Assembly (NCBI GenBank): GCA_964016885.1
Contig: OZ024742.1
Span: forward strand, 365,366,001-365,430,000
DNA length: 64,000 bases
Reading direction: 5' to 3'
Source: Eledone cirrhosa
Taxonomy: Eukaryota
Part shown: piece by piece, positions 13,733 to 31,710 of the stretch
Layout of the letters: the number at the start of each line of letters is the position of its first letter
Numbering within the stretch: the first letter of the stretch is position 1
Program-made: the position numbers and the translations under genes
The notes under the pieces: generated by a model
What the model was told of the DNA's origin: nothing
Seen by the model: the letters and a program-made list of their open reading frames with translations, nothing else
The model's database searches: none

Positions 13733-13916
13733 CGGTGGATTGGCAGTATCGGTAGAGTGTCGGACACCGTGCTTTGATGCATAGAGTTACGGCCCTTGCC
13801 ATTCTGTGTTCAAATCTCGCCGAGGTTAACTTTGCCTTTCATCCTTACGGGGTCGATAAAATAAAGTACCAGTAATGTACTGAGTAATTGCTGGCCTTGT
13901 GCCAAAAGTAGAAACA
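13733..13916 (+). mobile_element. tRNA-derived SINE (Octopus-type), with 11-bp TSD
   Basis: A box TGGCAGTATCGG and B box GTTCAAATC, body CTTTGCCTTTCATCC..GGGGTCGATAAAATAAAGTACCAG, tail GGCCTTGTGCCAAAAGTAGAAAC. TSD ATTATTAATAT at 13722-13732 and 13917-13927. Confidence 0.9.
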
Positions 13917-14418
13917 ATTATTAATATTCGAAAAACTCAGATTACATTTATTGTATTCAGCCATGTAGAGCGAAATTTTCTTTTTTATTTGAATTTGGCA
14001 AAGTCGGCCACTTATACAGGAAACTGACTAACCAGTCTGCTGATATGCAAATCTGGCTGATTAATGGATCTGCTAACATGCAGATCTAACTGATCAGCCA
14101 GTCTGTTAATATGCAAATCAGGCCAATCAGTCACTGTGTATTTTTGAAAATAGCATATATTTTCACTAGCTCTGAAAGTTTGGCAGGTGAATGGTGATCT
14201 GTACTGATGAAAGGTGATACCCAGAAACATTAGTGTCTGCAGTTCTGTTCACATGCCAACACAAGAGCAAGAATGAAGTGTTCATTCTCCTGACATGGCT
14301 ATAAAATTGAGGCTTGTTTGCAAAATTGCAAACGAATCGAATGTTATTATTAATATTCGAAAAACTAACTCAGATTGCATTTATTGTATTCAGCCATGTA
14401 GAGCGAAATTTTCTTTTT

Positions 14419-14482
<64 letters not shown>

Positions 14483-15114
14483 TTTGGGATAACAAGTTAT
14501 CGTTATAGGTAATTCAGTTAGAGATTGTGAGTACTCTGCGTCGTGGATCGTTTTAACATACGGCTTTGTTTGACTCAACAAGATGTTTCCATATTTAGAC
14601 AGCGAGTTCGCGGCAATTCTTATGTAGGTTATACTTGGAGTAATAATAGTGAAAGATTGAAGAGTAACATGGTTAGCTGTACAACAAGGGGTTTTATTTC
14701 AGGTATTAACAATTGTTTCATTGATCAGGTGAGTCTAGTTGTGTCACTCGATCTCCGTTACATTATTTACCTCTGATCAAAACCTCTGAATACAAAAATA
14801 ATTCATACATGGCAAGATATATATAGAGAAATAGCATATAATCAAAACAATAACATCAATAATAAAATATATATGATAAATAGGTAAAGAAGTTATAGAT
14901 GTAAAAAGTAAAAAATAAGAAAAAAAGATACAGTAAAAAAGTAAGAGAATGGAAAAATAATAGAAATATAAAGAAATAAAGATAAGATGAACAGAATATG
15001 ATAGTGGTGGTGCTCGTTGTCTAATTCTATGTTTAGTCCTATGTTTGTTATTTCTATAGGTGTTGGTAGTGTAGCTGTCGTTAGCTTTGTTGCTGCTGTC
15101 TCTATCTGGTATGT

Positions 15115-16262
15115 ATTCCAGCCCCTCTTTATGACCTGCCTTATGTAAAGCTATGTTATAATAGTTTACGTGTTCGTTAAAAATCTCTAGGTTAGAAGAT
15201 AGACGGGATATTCTGAGGGATATACTATGTGCTATGGAGTTAATTATGGATCGGGGGTGGTTTGAGTTATAACTAATGTAGGCTAGATTCTCGTTATTTT
15301 TATGGAAGGGCTCTATTAATCCTGTGTTTAGGTTGAGTATTACATGTAAGAAGTTTGCTTTTTTGGAGTTAAGTTCGAAAGTGATACCTAGGCCTAATTT
15401 GTTGAAGAAGACTGATGTTTTTCGGCTATTTTTTCCATGTTTTGATTATTTACATTTTTGGATAAAAGGAGTGTGTCGTCCCTATAAATTCATCCCTGGA
15501 GGTTATTGAATTCCTTATGTAAGTTGTGCGCTATATATATTCCCACTAAGTTCGTTACCTGTGCTGAGTCGTTAGATCCCATTGTGATATCGAAGCTATT
15601 CTGTCGGTTTTTTCGTTCCTAGTAACTATTTTCGAATTAAATGATAGTTCTCCTGGTGGATTAGCAGTATTGGTAGAGGGTCGGACGCGATGCTTTGACG
15701 CATAGAGTTACGGCCCTTGTCATTCTGAGTTCAAATCCCGCCGAGGTTAACTTTGCCTTTCATCCTTACGGGGTCGATAAAATAAAGTACCAGTAATGTA
15801 CTGGGTAATTGCTGGCCCTGTGCCAAAAAGTAGAAACATTATTTTAATTTCGTCCGAGGTAAGGTCCGAATTTTTCTAGGCAAAGGTTAGCGCTTTATCT
15901 AGGGTGACTGGGGAAATGGATGAGTAGTAGTCATTAATGTCGAACTCTACGAAGTTGCATGTTTCTCTACTGTCTATTTTGCTGAACCAGTGGATTGCTT
16001 CGTTAGTGTTACCCCATAGCTAAATTACTAGTTTGTCCTTAATTTGTGCTATTACACTATCTAGTATATACTTGCTATTTCTACCTATATCCGACTTCGA
16101 TGGGCATATTAACCTAATTGCGGGGTCAGTTTCGAAATTATTTTTGTGATCCTTTAGGTTAAATGTGGGGTTACAAGAGGTTAGGGGCTCGGTTCTATCA
16201 GATATTTTCAGTTTATTTACTATGCTAAGTTCTTCCTTATTAATGCTAGTGACTGCAGGTAA
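15115..16262 (-). mobile_element. degenerate Penelope-like RT fragment of a second PLE family, interrupted by a SINE
   Basis: Minus-strand translation gives LKDHKNNF..RLICPSKSDIG, FDINDYYSSI, FDITMGSNDSAQVTNLVG, LYRDD, NFLHVILNL and SNHPRSII...RISRLSSNLEIF. These are PLE RT motifs, with stops and frameshifts. Confidence 0.88.
15654..15842 (+). mobile_element. same SINE family, nested in the PLE RT fragment
   Basis: Near-identical to 13733-13916; PLE coding sequence continues on both sides. Confidence 0.9.
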
Positions 16263-16468
16263 ACAGACCAAATGGTGGGAGGGGGGGGGGGGACACACAG
16301 GACAATGTAAAACACAAGTGAATAACGAATATATATACGCACCAGATAACTCAATACTTAGGGTAGTAGAGTGGGTAATAGGAAAATGTTGAAGAGTCCA
16401 GAAATAGCCGTCGAAACGGCTTGAGCTCTGCCGTCGGGGTCTTGAACATTTTCCTATATATATATATA

Positions 16469-16529
<61 letters not shown>

Positions 16530-17566
16530 TAGGTGACGGGTCAAGCACGTCTCCATTGTGGTCAAGCCTTGCGGAAATTATTTTTCTACCTGTTTTTTTT
16601 GTTTTTTTATATATTGAAGTAAAGTCACCGCTGTGTTAAGTTTAATCTCAAATTAAGCTTTTAATATGTTTATATTTACAGAAAGCTGTTTCTATATTCC
16701 GTCTGAACAACCGAATTCAGAGAATTTACAATATAGTATTGGACAGGAAGCCATGCATATAAAAAGGATAGCTCGTCAGATTGAGCCAAGGAAGAAATGT
16801 TTACATTAGTCTTTCCATTGCTAATGTTATATATCAATTGTAATTGATAGCAAAACGATGTGGTATTGGAATAGACACAACCTTGGATTGGCACACTATT
16901 TATTGATCATGAAAGCACGAACTAGGTCGATAAATAAAGTGCAAGTCATTTTTATAAGAACGGTAAAAATAATTTTAAATACATGGTTCGTCTCAAATCG
17001 TGTAGAAAGAAAGGTTTCAATATATAATGTTTAGAAATAAACGGTACTATAGAGCAACACAATATAATAATATATTGGATCAATGCTTAACTGGATTAAA
17101 GTCTTAGAACGTTTCTGACACCAGTCCTGCATCGGAAAGGGAAACACAGAAAAAAGGGAGGATTGTTTTGGAAAGAAAAGAAAATGAAAGATATACAAAC
17201 AAAAAGATAAAAACGAAAAAGAAAGAAACAAAACACACGTTTGGTTATTTGTAAGTTTGTGTGTCTGTGTGTGTGAGAGAGAGAGAGAGATACTGACGGA
17301 GAGAGAGAGAGATATACTGACGGAGAGAGAGAGAGTGAGAGAGAGAAATAAACATTACTGGTTAACACCTCCGCATGTGTTTCAGGCAATTTGACCGTTT
17401 AAATGCAGTTATAAAAACTTAGTGACGTTTCGGAAAATAGAGGAGAGATTTGTTTGGGAGGGGGAAGAAAATGACAAACTAGAGATAATGGAGGAGATAT
17501 AAATGAATATTTAGTAACTTGTCAGCGGGTGTGTGCGCGTGAGATTACATATGCCGCATATATACA

Positions 17567-17633
<67 letters not shown>

Positions 17634-17694
17634 TATATATAGTGTAGTTATTGATGGTGAGTAGAATGTTTGGAGCAATAACGGTCTTCTTTAC

Positions 17695-17767
<73 letters not shown>

Positions 17768-18384
17768 AATGCAGCGTGTATTCATGTAAAGCATCATCAT
17801 ATTTCAATTAGATTCATAAGAGGTTCATTATGTAAAGGGAAATAACTGTGATGAACCTAACAATTCAATAAATATAGATTAATATATATTCCAGATCAAA
17901 CAATGCAGTATTGACCAAACCTGTTGAAGGCGGTGCTCCAGCATGGTCACGTTCCAATGATTTAAAACTATGAAAGAATAACATAAAAGGCGATAATCAG
18001 TTAATTATGATGAATGAAATCATTTGTTTATTATTCCGTTTGTTCGACTATTGACTGCGGCGGAGTTTTGAAGTCAACATAAATAATAAGCGATGAAACA
18101 TCTTTGATGTTACCGCTGATAACAAAACGGTGTAACCAAGTTATTTGGCTTATAATAGATTGATAGACCCATGGCGTCAATAAGTGTTTCTACTTTTGGC
18201 ACAAGGTCAGTAACTACCACTGTTCAATACTGGTACTTTATTTTATCAACCCCGTAAGGGTGAAAGGCAAACTACCCCGGCGGGATTAAAGTGAGAAGGT
18301 AAAAGGCCATAACACTATGCTGCAAACCATGGTGTCTGAGGTTGGCAAGAGCGATGAACGTATATAGATATTTGGAGTCTATAA

Positions 18385-18635
18385 TTGGCTTAGTAGTGAG
18401 TGTGTTGGACTTCGGATCATAATGGCGTAGGTTCGATTCAGGGAATCGGTTGGGTGTTGTGTTCTTGAGCAAAACTTCATTTCACGTTGTTCCAGTATAT
18501 TCAGCTGAAAATGTGTACCAGCAATATCTGAGGGGTTTAACCCTGCAATGGACTGGCCTCGTGTTCAGCGGAGCTTAACGCCATGGAAACCCTGAAAAAC
18601 TCAGGCCTGATTAGTCTTCGGGCTCGAGACAGACT
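18385..18635 (+). mobile_element. second tRNA-derived SINE type
   Basis: A box TGGCTTAGTAGT and B box GGTTCGATTC, followed by TGTTGTGTTCTTGAGCAA..TTTCACGTTG..CCAGT..TCAGCTG. A related copy lies at ~2700-2830. Confidence 0.7.
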
Positions 18636-18699
18636 ATAGAAAATCGATATAATACATAACATTGATAGGTTTCAGCCAGTATTGGCCCAGACCATGTCT

Positions 18700-19115
18700 A
18701 ACTTAATAGGACCACCTGGTGAAGTCTTTCAAATCAGGATTTGGACACCATGACCCTCTCAAGTAGAGAGTTATTGTTTACGGAAACATATCCGGGTGTA
18801 GGAGGTTTATCCGGGATTTTTTGAAGGAATTGGTCTGAAGACTTCTTGAACTTTATGGGGTCTGTTTTAATTGTGTCGCTATGTTGACTTTTGTGCCTGT
18901 GCCTCTCTGTCACGTACCTTAACGGTTCGACAAACAACATCGATAAAATAATAACCAGACATGAAAACAATAACACCTGAGATACATGTGGTTGAGTAAA
19001 GCAAGGCAGTGTTCTAGAGATACAACAACGACGACCCCCCCCCCACCACCACCACCACGTTATGGGGTCTGTTTCTGTTTTAATGTGTAATGTTAAAGAG
19101 AGCAGGACCAATTGA
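18700..19115 (-). mobile_element. 3' end of a CR1/L2-group LINE, split by a ~190-bp insertion
   Basis: GPALFN...IKTETDP / IKFKKSSDQFLQKIPDKPPTPGYVSVNNNSL resembles the CR1-group ORF2 C-terminus. TTATGGGGTCTGTT is duplicated at ~18853 and ~19060. Confidence 0.6.
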
Positions 19116-19385
19116 ATGTTGACACTGATGATAAATAAAATGACGTAATCTGACTGATATTACCTGGTCATTTCCCCCTAGAAATAGATGGGAACTAGCA
19201 AACCCAAATATGTAAGGGGTGTTGCCAATGGATAGGTGTTGTACCCACGAACATGCGTGGGTATAACATGAAATCATGCTTGTCATGATAGTACTAGGGA
19301 CCCTATCATTAACACATAACGAAATGTCGTATGAGATGCAACCTTATGGTGTGACAGGCAAATTACTATGATTATAGTATACATG

Positions 19386-19443
<58 letters not shown>

Positions 19444-19503
19444 TTCGAACATTGTGTAGGAAGTAAGATTTGGCCAATCTTAAAAATCGCAAACGTATTT
19501 CTG

Positions 19504-19591
<88 letters not shown>

Positions 19592-19651
19592 CGGGTGATA
19601 TGGCGCATGTCTTTCTGGCATGACACCCATAATTTTGATTATCTTAATTTT

Positions 19652-19691
<40 letters not shown>

Positions 19692-19866
19692 AGATCAAAA
19701 GATGGTTAAAGGAGTTCCATGTATTTTATTATGCGCATTTCAAAAACAAACATCATCATGCAATAATATTTGTGTTTTCATCAGATAAAATAGGAGAACA
19801 TGATATGAAGGCTAAAAAACACTTGTGGATAGTGCAGTTTTAAATCAACATATAAAACTTACCTCC

Positions 19867-19918
<52 letters not shown>

Positions 19919-19951
19919 AGAAGAGTATTGGATGTGTAGTTGCTAGATAAG

Positions 19952-20140
19952 GTATGCTTAAAAATAAGAATCAGAAGAAAGCAAGAACGAGGGGGGACGG
20001 GGGACGTTTTCCTCATCAGTTGGCTGCCGGGGGTCTCGGATATTTCTACACATTAAACCGTAGTATTCGAGACCCCCAGCAGACAACTGGTGAGGAAAAC
20101 GTCCCCCTCGTTCTTGCTTTCTTCTCATTTTTATTTTTAA

Positions 20141-20150
<10 letters not shown>
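19952..20150. repeat. ~200-bp palindrome (arms ~90 bp) between (TA)n tracts
   Basis: TATGCTTAAAAATAAGAAT...GGGGGTCTCGGATA mirrored by TATTCGAGACCCCC...TTTTTAAGCATA. Confidence 0.85.
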
Positions 20151-20178
<28 letters not shown>

Positions 20179-20204
20179 AAGGAATTGTGGTAAGGACCAT
20201 AACG

Positions 20205-20372
20205 CACCAGAGTACTCAATACTTAGGGTAGTAGAGTGGGAAATAGGAAAAAATGTATGATCCGCCGACGGTAGAGCTCAAGCCGTTTCAACGGCTATTT
20301 CTGGACCAAATAGCCGTCCAAAAATAGCCGTCGAAACGGCTTAAGCTCTGCCGTCGGGGTCATACTTTTCCC

Positions 20373-20375
<3 letters not shown>
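20205..20375. repeat. palindromic repeat related to 16338-16457
   Basis: Shares CGCACCAGA..ACTCAATACTTAGGGTAGTAGAGTGGG and AATAGCCGTCGAAACGGCTT.AGCTCTGCCGTCGGGGTC with 16338-16457, and has an extra inverted copy of that motif. Confidence 0.8.
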
Positions 20376-20411
<36 letters not shown>

Positions 20412-21143
20412 GGGGGGAGAGAGAGGAAAAATACAGGAAAATATGAGAGAATACGGTGAAGATTGAGTCTTTTAGGTAACAATTGTGTGAAATACAGAGC
20501 ATTGACAGGTTGATATGATAAGGAAGATGTGTGTCTGACAGGTACACGTACACATAAAGGTAATTCTCAGGAAGATTCAGGTATTACACAGTGTATGAGA
20601 GCAACGTTGACTATTTGAGTAAATGGTAAAGTCCATTCGAATGGTATCGAAACAGTTTGTACCCATCAAATTTCACACCTAATCATGAGTCGTTCAGAGG
20701 TTAAATTAATCGATATTGGTGTTAGATTCCCCGGCGTGGGATCGAACCCCAGTCATTATTATTACAAAGTTATCTTAATAATGAATTGGTGATTGATACG
20801 TCCACAGTGGACAGAAACCAGTGAATGAACAAGATAATATAAACATGTGTGTGTGTGTGTGTATGTCGGTGTGTTTGTGTGTGCGTATGTGTGCACGCGC
20901 GTGTGTGTGTGTGTGTGTATGCATGTACGTGTGTGTATGAGTGTGTATGTGTGTGTGTATGTGTATGACGGGCGAAATATCAAAATCCTTCGAACACTGG
21001 ATAAAACGTTTTGCGATATTCGATCCAGCTCTCTTCTCTCTGAGATCAAATCCGGCGCAGGTGAAATTTGTCTTTCATACCTTACAGATTGATAAAGAAA
21101 TACTATCAGTCATGTACTGTGTAGTTTCTCCTCTCTCTCTCTC

Positions 21144-21263
<120 letters not shown>

Positions 21264-21296
21264 AATAAAGGAGCTGCGGCGCTGCAAATGGGTTAC

Positions 21297-22023
21297 ATAT
21301 GAAAAAGTTTGTCCTTCATCAGTGGCCTTCCAACCGTCGTAGGCATTTCGTCGCATTAAAGGCCATATACCTCAGGTTGGTGCGAGCAACGGCTAAAAAA
21401 AAGTCGTTGGGACACGTAAATAAGGGGGACGCTAGGGTAAACAAACCAAATGGTTTAAGCAGCAGAAAGTGATGAAGAAGGAAACAAGTCCCAGATTTCT
21501 ATGAATATAAATTCGGTGGAATCGTGAACGAGAGAATAAAGACCATCAAACCTGGTTGAAATGTGAGCAAGGAAGGAATTTCGCACAGGTCTAACGGGAG
21601 GAAGAAGGGGTCTGGTCTGCGAATTCGGTTAACATAAGTTCTGTGAAGTCGCAGACGAGAGAGAGAAAAAAAATCCATACCGGCTTGGCCAAGTGCCCGT
21701 GAGAAAAGGATTACGGACAGGTCAAACGGGAAGAAAGGGGAGGAGGAGAGGTAGTGACAGAGAGTGAGTGAGTGAAAGGTGAGGAAGAGGCTAACAGAGA
21801 GAGAGACTGCTAGAAAGGGTAAAGACACAAAGAACGAAACAGACTGGTGGCAGCGGAGGAAAATCTGCTGCTTAAACCATTTTGTTTGTTTACCCTAGCG
21901 TCCCCTTTATTTAAGTGTCCCAACGACTTTTTTTAGCCGTTGCTCGCACCAACCTGAGGTATATGGCCTTTAATGCGACGAAATGCCTACGACGGTTGGA
22001 TGGCCACTGATGAGGACAAACTT

Positions 22024-22030
<7 letters not shown>
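21297..22030. mobile_element. fold-back element with ~170-bp inverted arms, inserted in (TA)n
   Basis: 21297-21466 is the reverse complement of 21864-22030 with few mismatches. The spacer is ~400 bp and purine-rich, with (TA)n on both sides. Confidence 0.85.
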
Positions 22031-22085
<55 letters not shown>

Positions 22086-22088
22086 AGC

Positions 22089-22360
22089 TATCTATCTCTC
22101 TATCTATCTATCTCTTTATCTGCCTGACGCGTGGAACATCGCCGGTAAGCTATTTTGTTAATTTCTATGCAAAAAACCGAACTAATTGGGGCGAATATTG
22201 AGATTACCACCCAGCTGACAATTCAGCTTGGGGGTTAATCTACAAAATAATATGTTTTTTCAAACAATTAGTTCATTTTTTTGCATAGAAATTAACAAAA
22301 AAGCTTACCGGCGATGTTCCACGCGTCAGGCAGATAAAGAGATAGATAGATAGAGAGATA
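22089..22360. repeat. palindrome (arms ~100 bp) containing an inverted copy of the LINE leader at 25753-25883
   Basis: Arms 22089-22189 and 22265-22360 are reverse complements. 22189-22320 is approximately the reverse complement of 25753-25883. Confidence 0.85.
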
Positions 22361-25883
<3,523 letters not shown>

Positions 25884-25885
25884 GT

Positions 25886-28800
25886 AAAGGATCCACAACA
25901 GGCAGCAACTAACCCCCATCTTCGACGACTTTGAGATTTACGCATCTCTCTGTCAGCCAGGAGTTGGAGGTGGAGTGGCTGTAATGTTTCGGAAGAACCT
26001 GGACGTCGAAGTACAGCAAGTACACTTGGACCCGGAGGGTAGACTGGTAGTCCTAGACGTGAACAGTATTGGAGGTGGAGCCTTTAGACATGGTGGCCGT
26101 TTATGCCCCGACCGGGCAATCGCAATCACGGCCAGACTTCTTTAAGCGTCTTGAGTCTTTTCTGGGAACCTCTCGCTCCTTACTTTTAGTGGGGGACTGG
26201 AATGGTATCCTAGATGCACGATGGGACTATGTGGGAGCATGTCCCAGTAGCGGTGGGTGCAACCGCCTCAAAACTTTAATCGGCCAATTCCAACTGGCCG
26301 ATAGGTATCGACTGCATTTCCCGACTGCACCACAGTAGACGCCGGCAAACCGCAGCGGGACATCTAGATCGTATTTAGATAGGTTCTTCATTAGAGAAAG
26401 AGTCAAGGAGATGTTAGGCTGTCCACGAATGCACATGGTTGCCTATTCAGATCACAAATTAGTCGTCTGCTTAGTCAACCGTGATAGACACAAAGACAGG
26501 GACCCGGATACTGGAAGCTGAACGTATCGTTGCCGAGAAAAACAAAATAGAAAGAGAAATAATAGCCAAGATAGAGGAGGCACTTAGAAGTGGCAACGCA
26601 GCTAGAGTGTTAGCGTCGAGAACGGCACTGGACCAGTTCTTCGACGCGAAACACGAAGCTGCAAAACACGTGCTTTAGGAAACGAAGGAGCGAAAGCTGT
26701 CAGCTGGGCCCGAGTAGCGGAGGCAAAAAGTGGCAACAAGTCCACGATTCGGTCTTTGAAAGACCAAAACGGACGCGTGCTACTTGAACCCAAGCAAATG
26801 TGCGCGGCCTTTCAGCAGCACCTTGCGCGACTCTTTGAGCAGAACGACGGTGAGCCGAACTGGGCAATGGACTTTAGTTCATACCTCGACGGCCTGCCGC
26901 GTCTCTCGAACAGGGACGCCGAGTTCTGAGAAAGACCGATCACGGACACTGAGATACGGGACGCTCTGGGCCGCTGCGGGAAACGCAAGTCACGTCGTCT
27001 AGATTGTCTACCCTATGAGTTTTACATAGGCATGCCGGACTTGTTCTCTGGCGTGCTCGAAGCCGTCTACTGCAATTGGCAGCAGAACGGGAGAATTCCC
27101 AGTTCTGCAGGTAAGGGCGTAGTAACGCTGATCAGGTAAGACGAGAACAAGGGGGACGAAATTAACAACTTCAGGCCCATAACTCTGCTCAACACAGAGT
27201 TAAAGACTTTGGCCAAGGTGCTAGCGACAAGGTTGGCGCTTTTCGTCGAGAACCTGGTAGGGAAAGCGCAAACGTGTGCAATCCCGACCAGATCCATGCA
27301 CGACAACCTCCACCTCATGCGATACATCATGGAGAGGGTGGGTAGTAAACCCGGCTTCGGTGGAGCTCTGATCAATTTGGATCAGTCTAAGGCATTGGAT
27401 AGGGTCGACCATCGATACTTGGAAGCGGTTCTCAAGGCGACCGGTTTTGATCCCGTTTCCAGAGGCTGGATCGAGGCGATGCACACGAGCAACTGATCGA
27501 GGGTCAAGGTGAACGGCTACCTATCGGAGCCGTTCGCAATCACGCGTTCCATTCAACAGGGGTGCCCTCTCTCCTCAATTCTGTATGTATTGACTCTAGA
27601 GCCACTACTGCGGAAATTGGAGCTGTTGCAGGACATCCCTCTAGAACCGGGACTGCGCAAAGCGGCGTCGGCTCATGTCGACGACGTAACGGTAATCGTG
27701 TCGAGCACCTCGGAAATCGGGGTGATCGGCAACTTACTGAAATAATACGAAACGCTGACGGGAGCAAAACTAAACCCGGACAAGTCTGTCGGTTTGCAAC
27801 TCGGTACGTGGAGAGGCAAACCGATGACGTCCGATAGCGTCGTTTGGACGCTGGATGGCCGGACCGGTGAATTTGCTCGGGGTCTGGTTCGGTCCAGACC
27901 TCCAGGTGGAGAAAAACTGGAACGAGGTCACTGCCAAGGTGTTTGCGCTCACCCAGAAGTGGTTAGAGTGCAAACTGTCCTTGAAAGGTCGAGCGGAGGT
28001 TGCGAAGACTTTCATAGCGTCTGTCATCTACTACCGCTTGACTGTGGTGCCTTGTCCCCGTGAACACCTCGCCAAGATAGAACGCATGCTCTTCCAGTTT
28101 CTGTGAAAGAAGCAGGCTCCGCTGGTGAGGAGATCCGTCTGCTGTCAGTACCCTTCCAACGGAGGGCTGGGAATGCCGTGGCTGATGATACGCAAACATG
28201 CGCTGAGGCTGCGGCATCTCCTGGTATTCCTCACCGACCCCCAACCTGTGTGGGCACCGTTTGTGAGACAGGCTTTCCCACAGCTCGTCTCGCCGACGGA
28301 GCTGCAGTCCTGGGCCAAGAAAAGCCCGCTCAAGCGCTCACAGTCCTCTGGCAAGCGGGCGCAGCAATCAGTGGAGACTCCACTTCGAAATTCTATAGAG
28401 GGATTGTACGTTACAGGGGCGACGACGTGCTCGGAGAGACTCTGGGCGTCGAAGACGATGAGCTCACCAGTCTGTTTGGTAGAACTTTCCGCCCGGGACC
28501 TATGGACAACTTCCAGAGGTCCCTGGCCTGGCAGTGCTACCGATGAGCTCTACTGGTTCGTGACAAGATCAACAGGCACGGATGCCCCGGCAGGGATCCA
28601 TCCAAGAGGACGTGTCCAAGATGCGCGCAGGACATTGAAACCGTCCTGCACTCAATTGTACACTGCCCGGGCGTAACCGACTTGTGGAACTATACAGAAC
28701 AACTGCTGTCGCGTGTGGGACAAATCCAGTTGACTGCCGAGTCCATAGTAAGGATCAAACTGCCAAACCTCTTTCAAAAACGAAAGAGAGGCGGTTTTCC

Positions 28801-29265
28801 TCTGTACAGTGGCTATGGTGAAAGAGGTTATATGGTGGACGAGATTGAGAGGACTGAGGACAGATGCCTTTCTCTCTGGACAACAATTGATTACCTTCTT
28901 TAAGTATCAATTTAGAAGGAGAAACAGAGTGAAGAGAGAGGTACTGCACCCCAGTAAATGTACTTAAAGGTGGGTGAATGAAGCGAAAATGGCCGGAGTT
29001 ATTGGGCCTTCTCTGTTTATAAAGCTGTCAGTTAAAGAAGAGAGCAAAAAGAAGAAAGGAGCACTTGCACAACACGCTCCTGGAGTTGAGGGTTGTTCTA
29101 TCGACGGGGTATTAAACAACCCATTTGTGGCGCCCCCCCCCCCCCTATTTGGGATTTCGATTGTTGTAATTGTTTGTTTTATATTTTTACATGATTGTAT
29201 GTAAAATCCCCGGCATGTCTTTGTATTGTCCCCTTTCCTTGTGCGCCCTTGTGGCAAATAAAGAA
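25886..29265 (+). mobile_element. L1/Tx1-clade non-LTR retrotransposon ORF2 (APE endonuclease + RT + CCHC), 5'-truncated and degenerate
   Basis: APE motifs GGGVAVMF, EGRLVVLDV, VYAP, GDWN, SYLDRF, SDH; GPGYWKLN; RT motifs FRPITLLNTELK, LDQSKALDRVDH, QGCPLS, HVDD; GGLGMP; CPRC..IETVLH...C. AATAAA at 29257-29262 followed by (TC)n. Multiple stops and frameshifts, plus an apparent deletion near 26535. Confidence 0.95.
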
Positions 29266-29562
29266 ATCTATTTATCTCCCTCTCTCTCTCTCTATCTATC
29301 TATCTATCTCTCGCTTTCTCTCTCTCTCTCTGTCTCTCTTTCTTTAATCTCTTGCACACACACACACACACACACAGCCACCCTACACACCAACCCACAC
29401 CCACACACCCAAACACACCCCTATTCAAACCTCGGAGGAGACAGATACTACCAGTTTTATGATGTCCAACACACCACGAATGTGAATACCTACGACTCCA
29501 TCACAGGTTACTACTCCACACATACACACATACACACATACACATACACACATACACAAATG

Positions 29563-29644
<82 letters not shown>

Positions 29645-29827
29645 CAGTGTAATTGAATATTAAAGAGAGATAAACACAAGTATATACATATATGTGTTCA
29701 AATCGTAAGGGACCAGATTCGCTAGAGTGAAAAAGATACTCACTACAGACAATAGGGTTTGCCAGACTCAATTTAAGAATAAATTAAGAAAATAAATTTT
29801 GAGTTTCTAACTCAATATATACCTTTG

Positions 29828-30573
<746 letters not shown>

Positions 30574-31710
30574 CACTTTACGTGGGTAAGTAAGAGTATT
30601 ATGGAGGTTGCAGTGGTAAGGTATTTTTTGTATATGATAAAAAAGTATGTGCGCAGAAAAATAGAAATATAGAGGAGAGGCAAAAGAGAGTTATGGTTTT
30701 CGTATCCACCACCATTTTCACATTCAGGAAATGTAATATATATTTTATACATCCATCACATAATTAACGATGAATCCGTATTGGATGTTTGATGCATTAA
30801 ATTAAACTAAATTATTTTAGCTTATTGCGGCTCAGTGTTCTTTAATCGAATTTTATAGGGTAGGTTGTTTCCGTTGCGAGAATTTACATCGGTTTATTAT
30901 CCGGAAGTATGTGTGTAATTAAGGGGGGGGGGGGGGGGGTAATGCGTAAGGGGAGGTAACTAGCTGATTTCCATAACTAAATTATTGTTCTAACCTACAT
31001 TATAAGGTGTCTCAATTGAGTCCCTTCTATAAACGGTTATATATTTATATCCAGTTTCCAATTGTAAACACAGTCTACTCTATCATGATGTACTAAATGT
31101 ATTTATATTAGGATGATTACTCCCTATCATAGAGTGCTACAACTGGATATTCCATACAAAGAGCCACATCTTTATATCAAAGTTCCTTGCAAATGTAGTC
31201 TACTCACAGAACATGTCAGGGGACCTATTAGTACTATGTTTACATAACCCCTGGTAAGTTCTGGAGCAGCGTATGGCTGTCTGCATGGCAAAGCCAAATA
31301 CATCTCTATGGCAGACAAAAATATCCCTCATTTACAATGTCATTAATCTATCCATCAAGTTGTACTTGCATATATAACTCACTTCCCATTCATACACAAT
31401 TCATTGCACTCAACAACATATAGGTTATACAGATCTCTTATGTTAATAAATTAATCTTATATATTGTACTTTTATATTGTACTTTATATATTGTACTTTT
31501 ATAATTAATCTTATATATTGTATTTTTATTTTGTCCTTTATACTCTTCCCTTCATTCTACACATCTCACACATCTTATACACACCACGCATCTCAACGTA
31601 CACCCACTTACATCTCTCTCTCCACCACCGGACCTTGTTACCTGGAGATTTACCCATTTGCATTGTCGAGGCTTCCAAACGACTTAAAGATATTTACTTA
31701 TTGTTCTACA

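Noticed and set aside
13733-13830. tRNA gene (A and B boxes)
   Set aside because: No cloverleaf can be drawn. It is followed by a SINE body and TSD and has many dispersed copies, so it is a SINE head.
21960-22025. Intact type II hammerhead (GACGAAA...CTGATGAG)
   Set aside because: Stems I and III could not be paired; only isolated core-like words are present.
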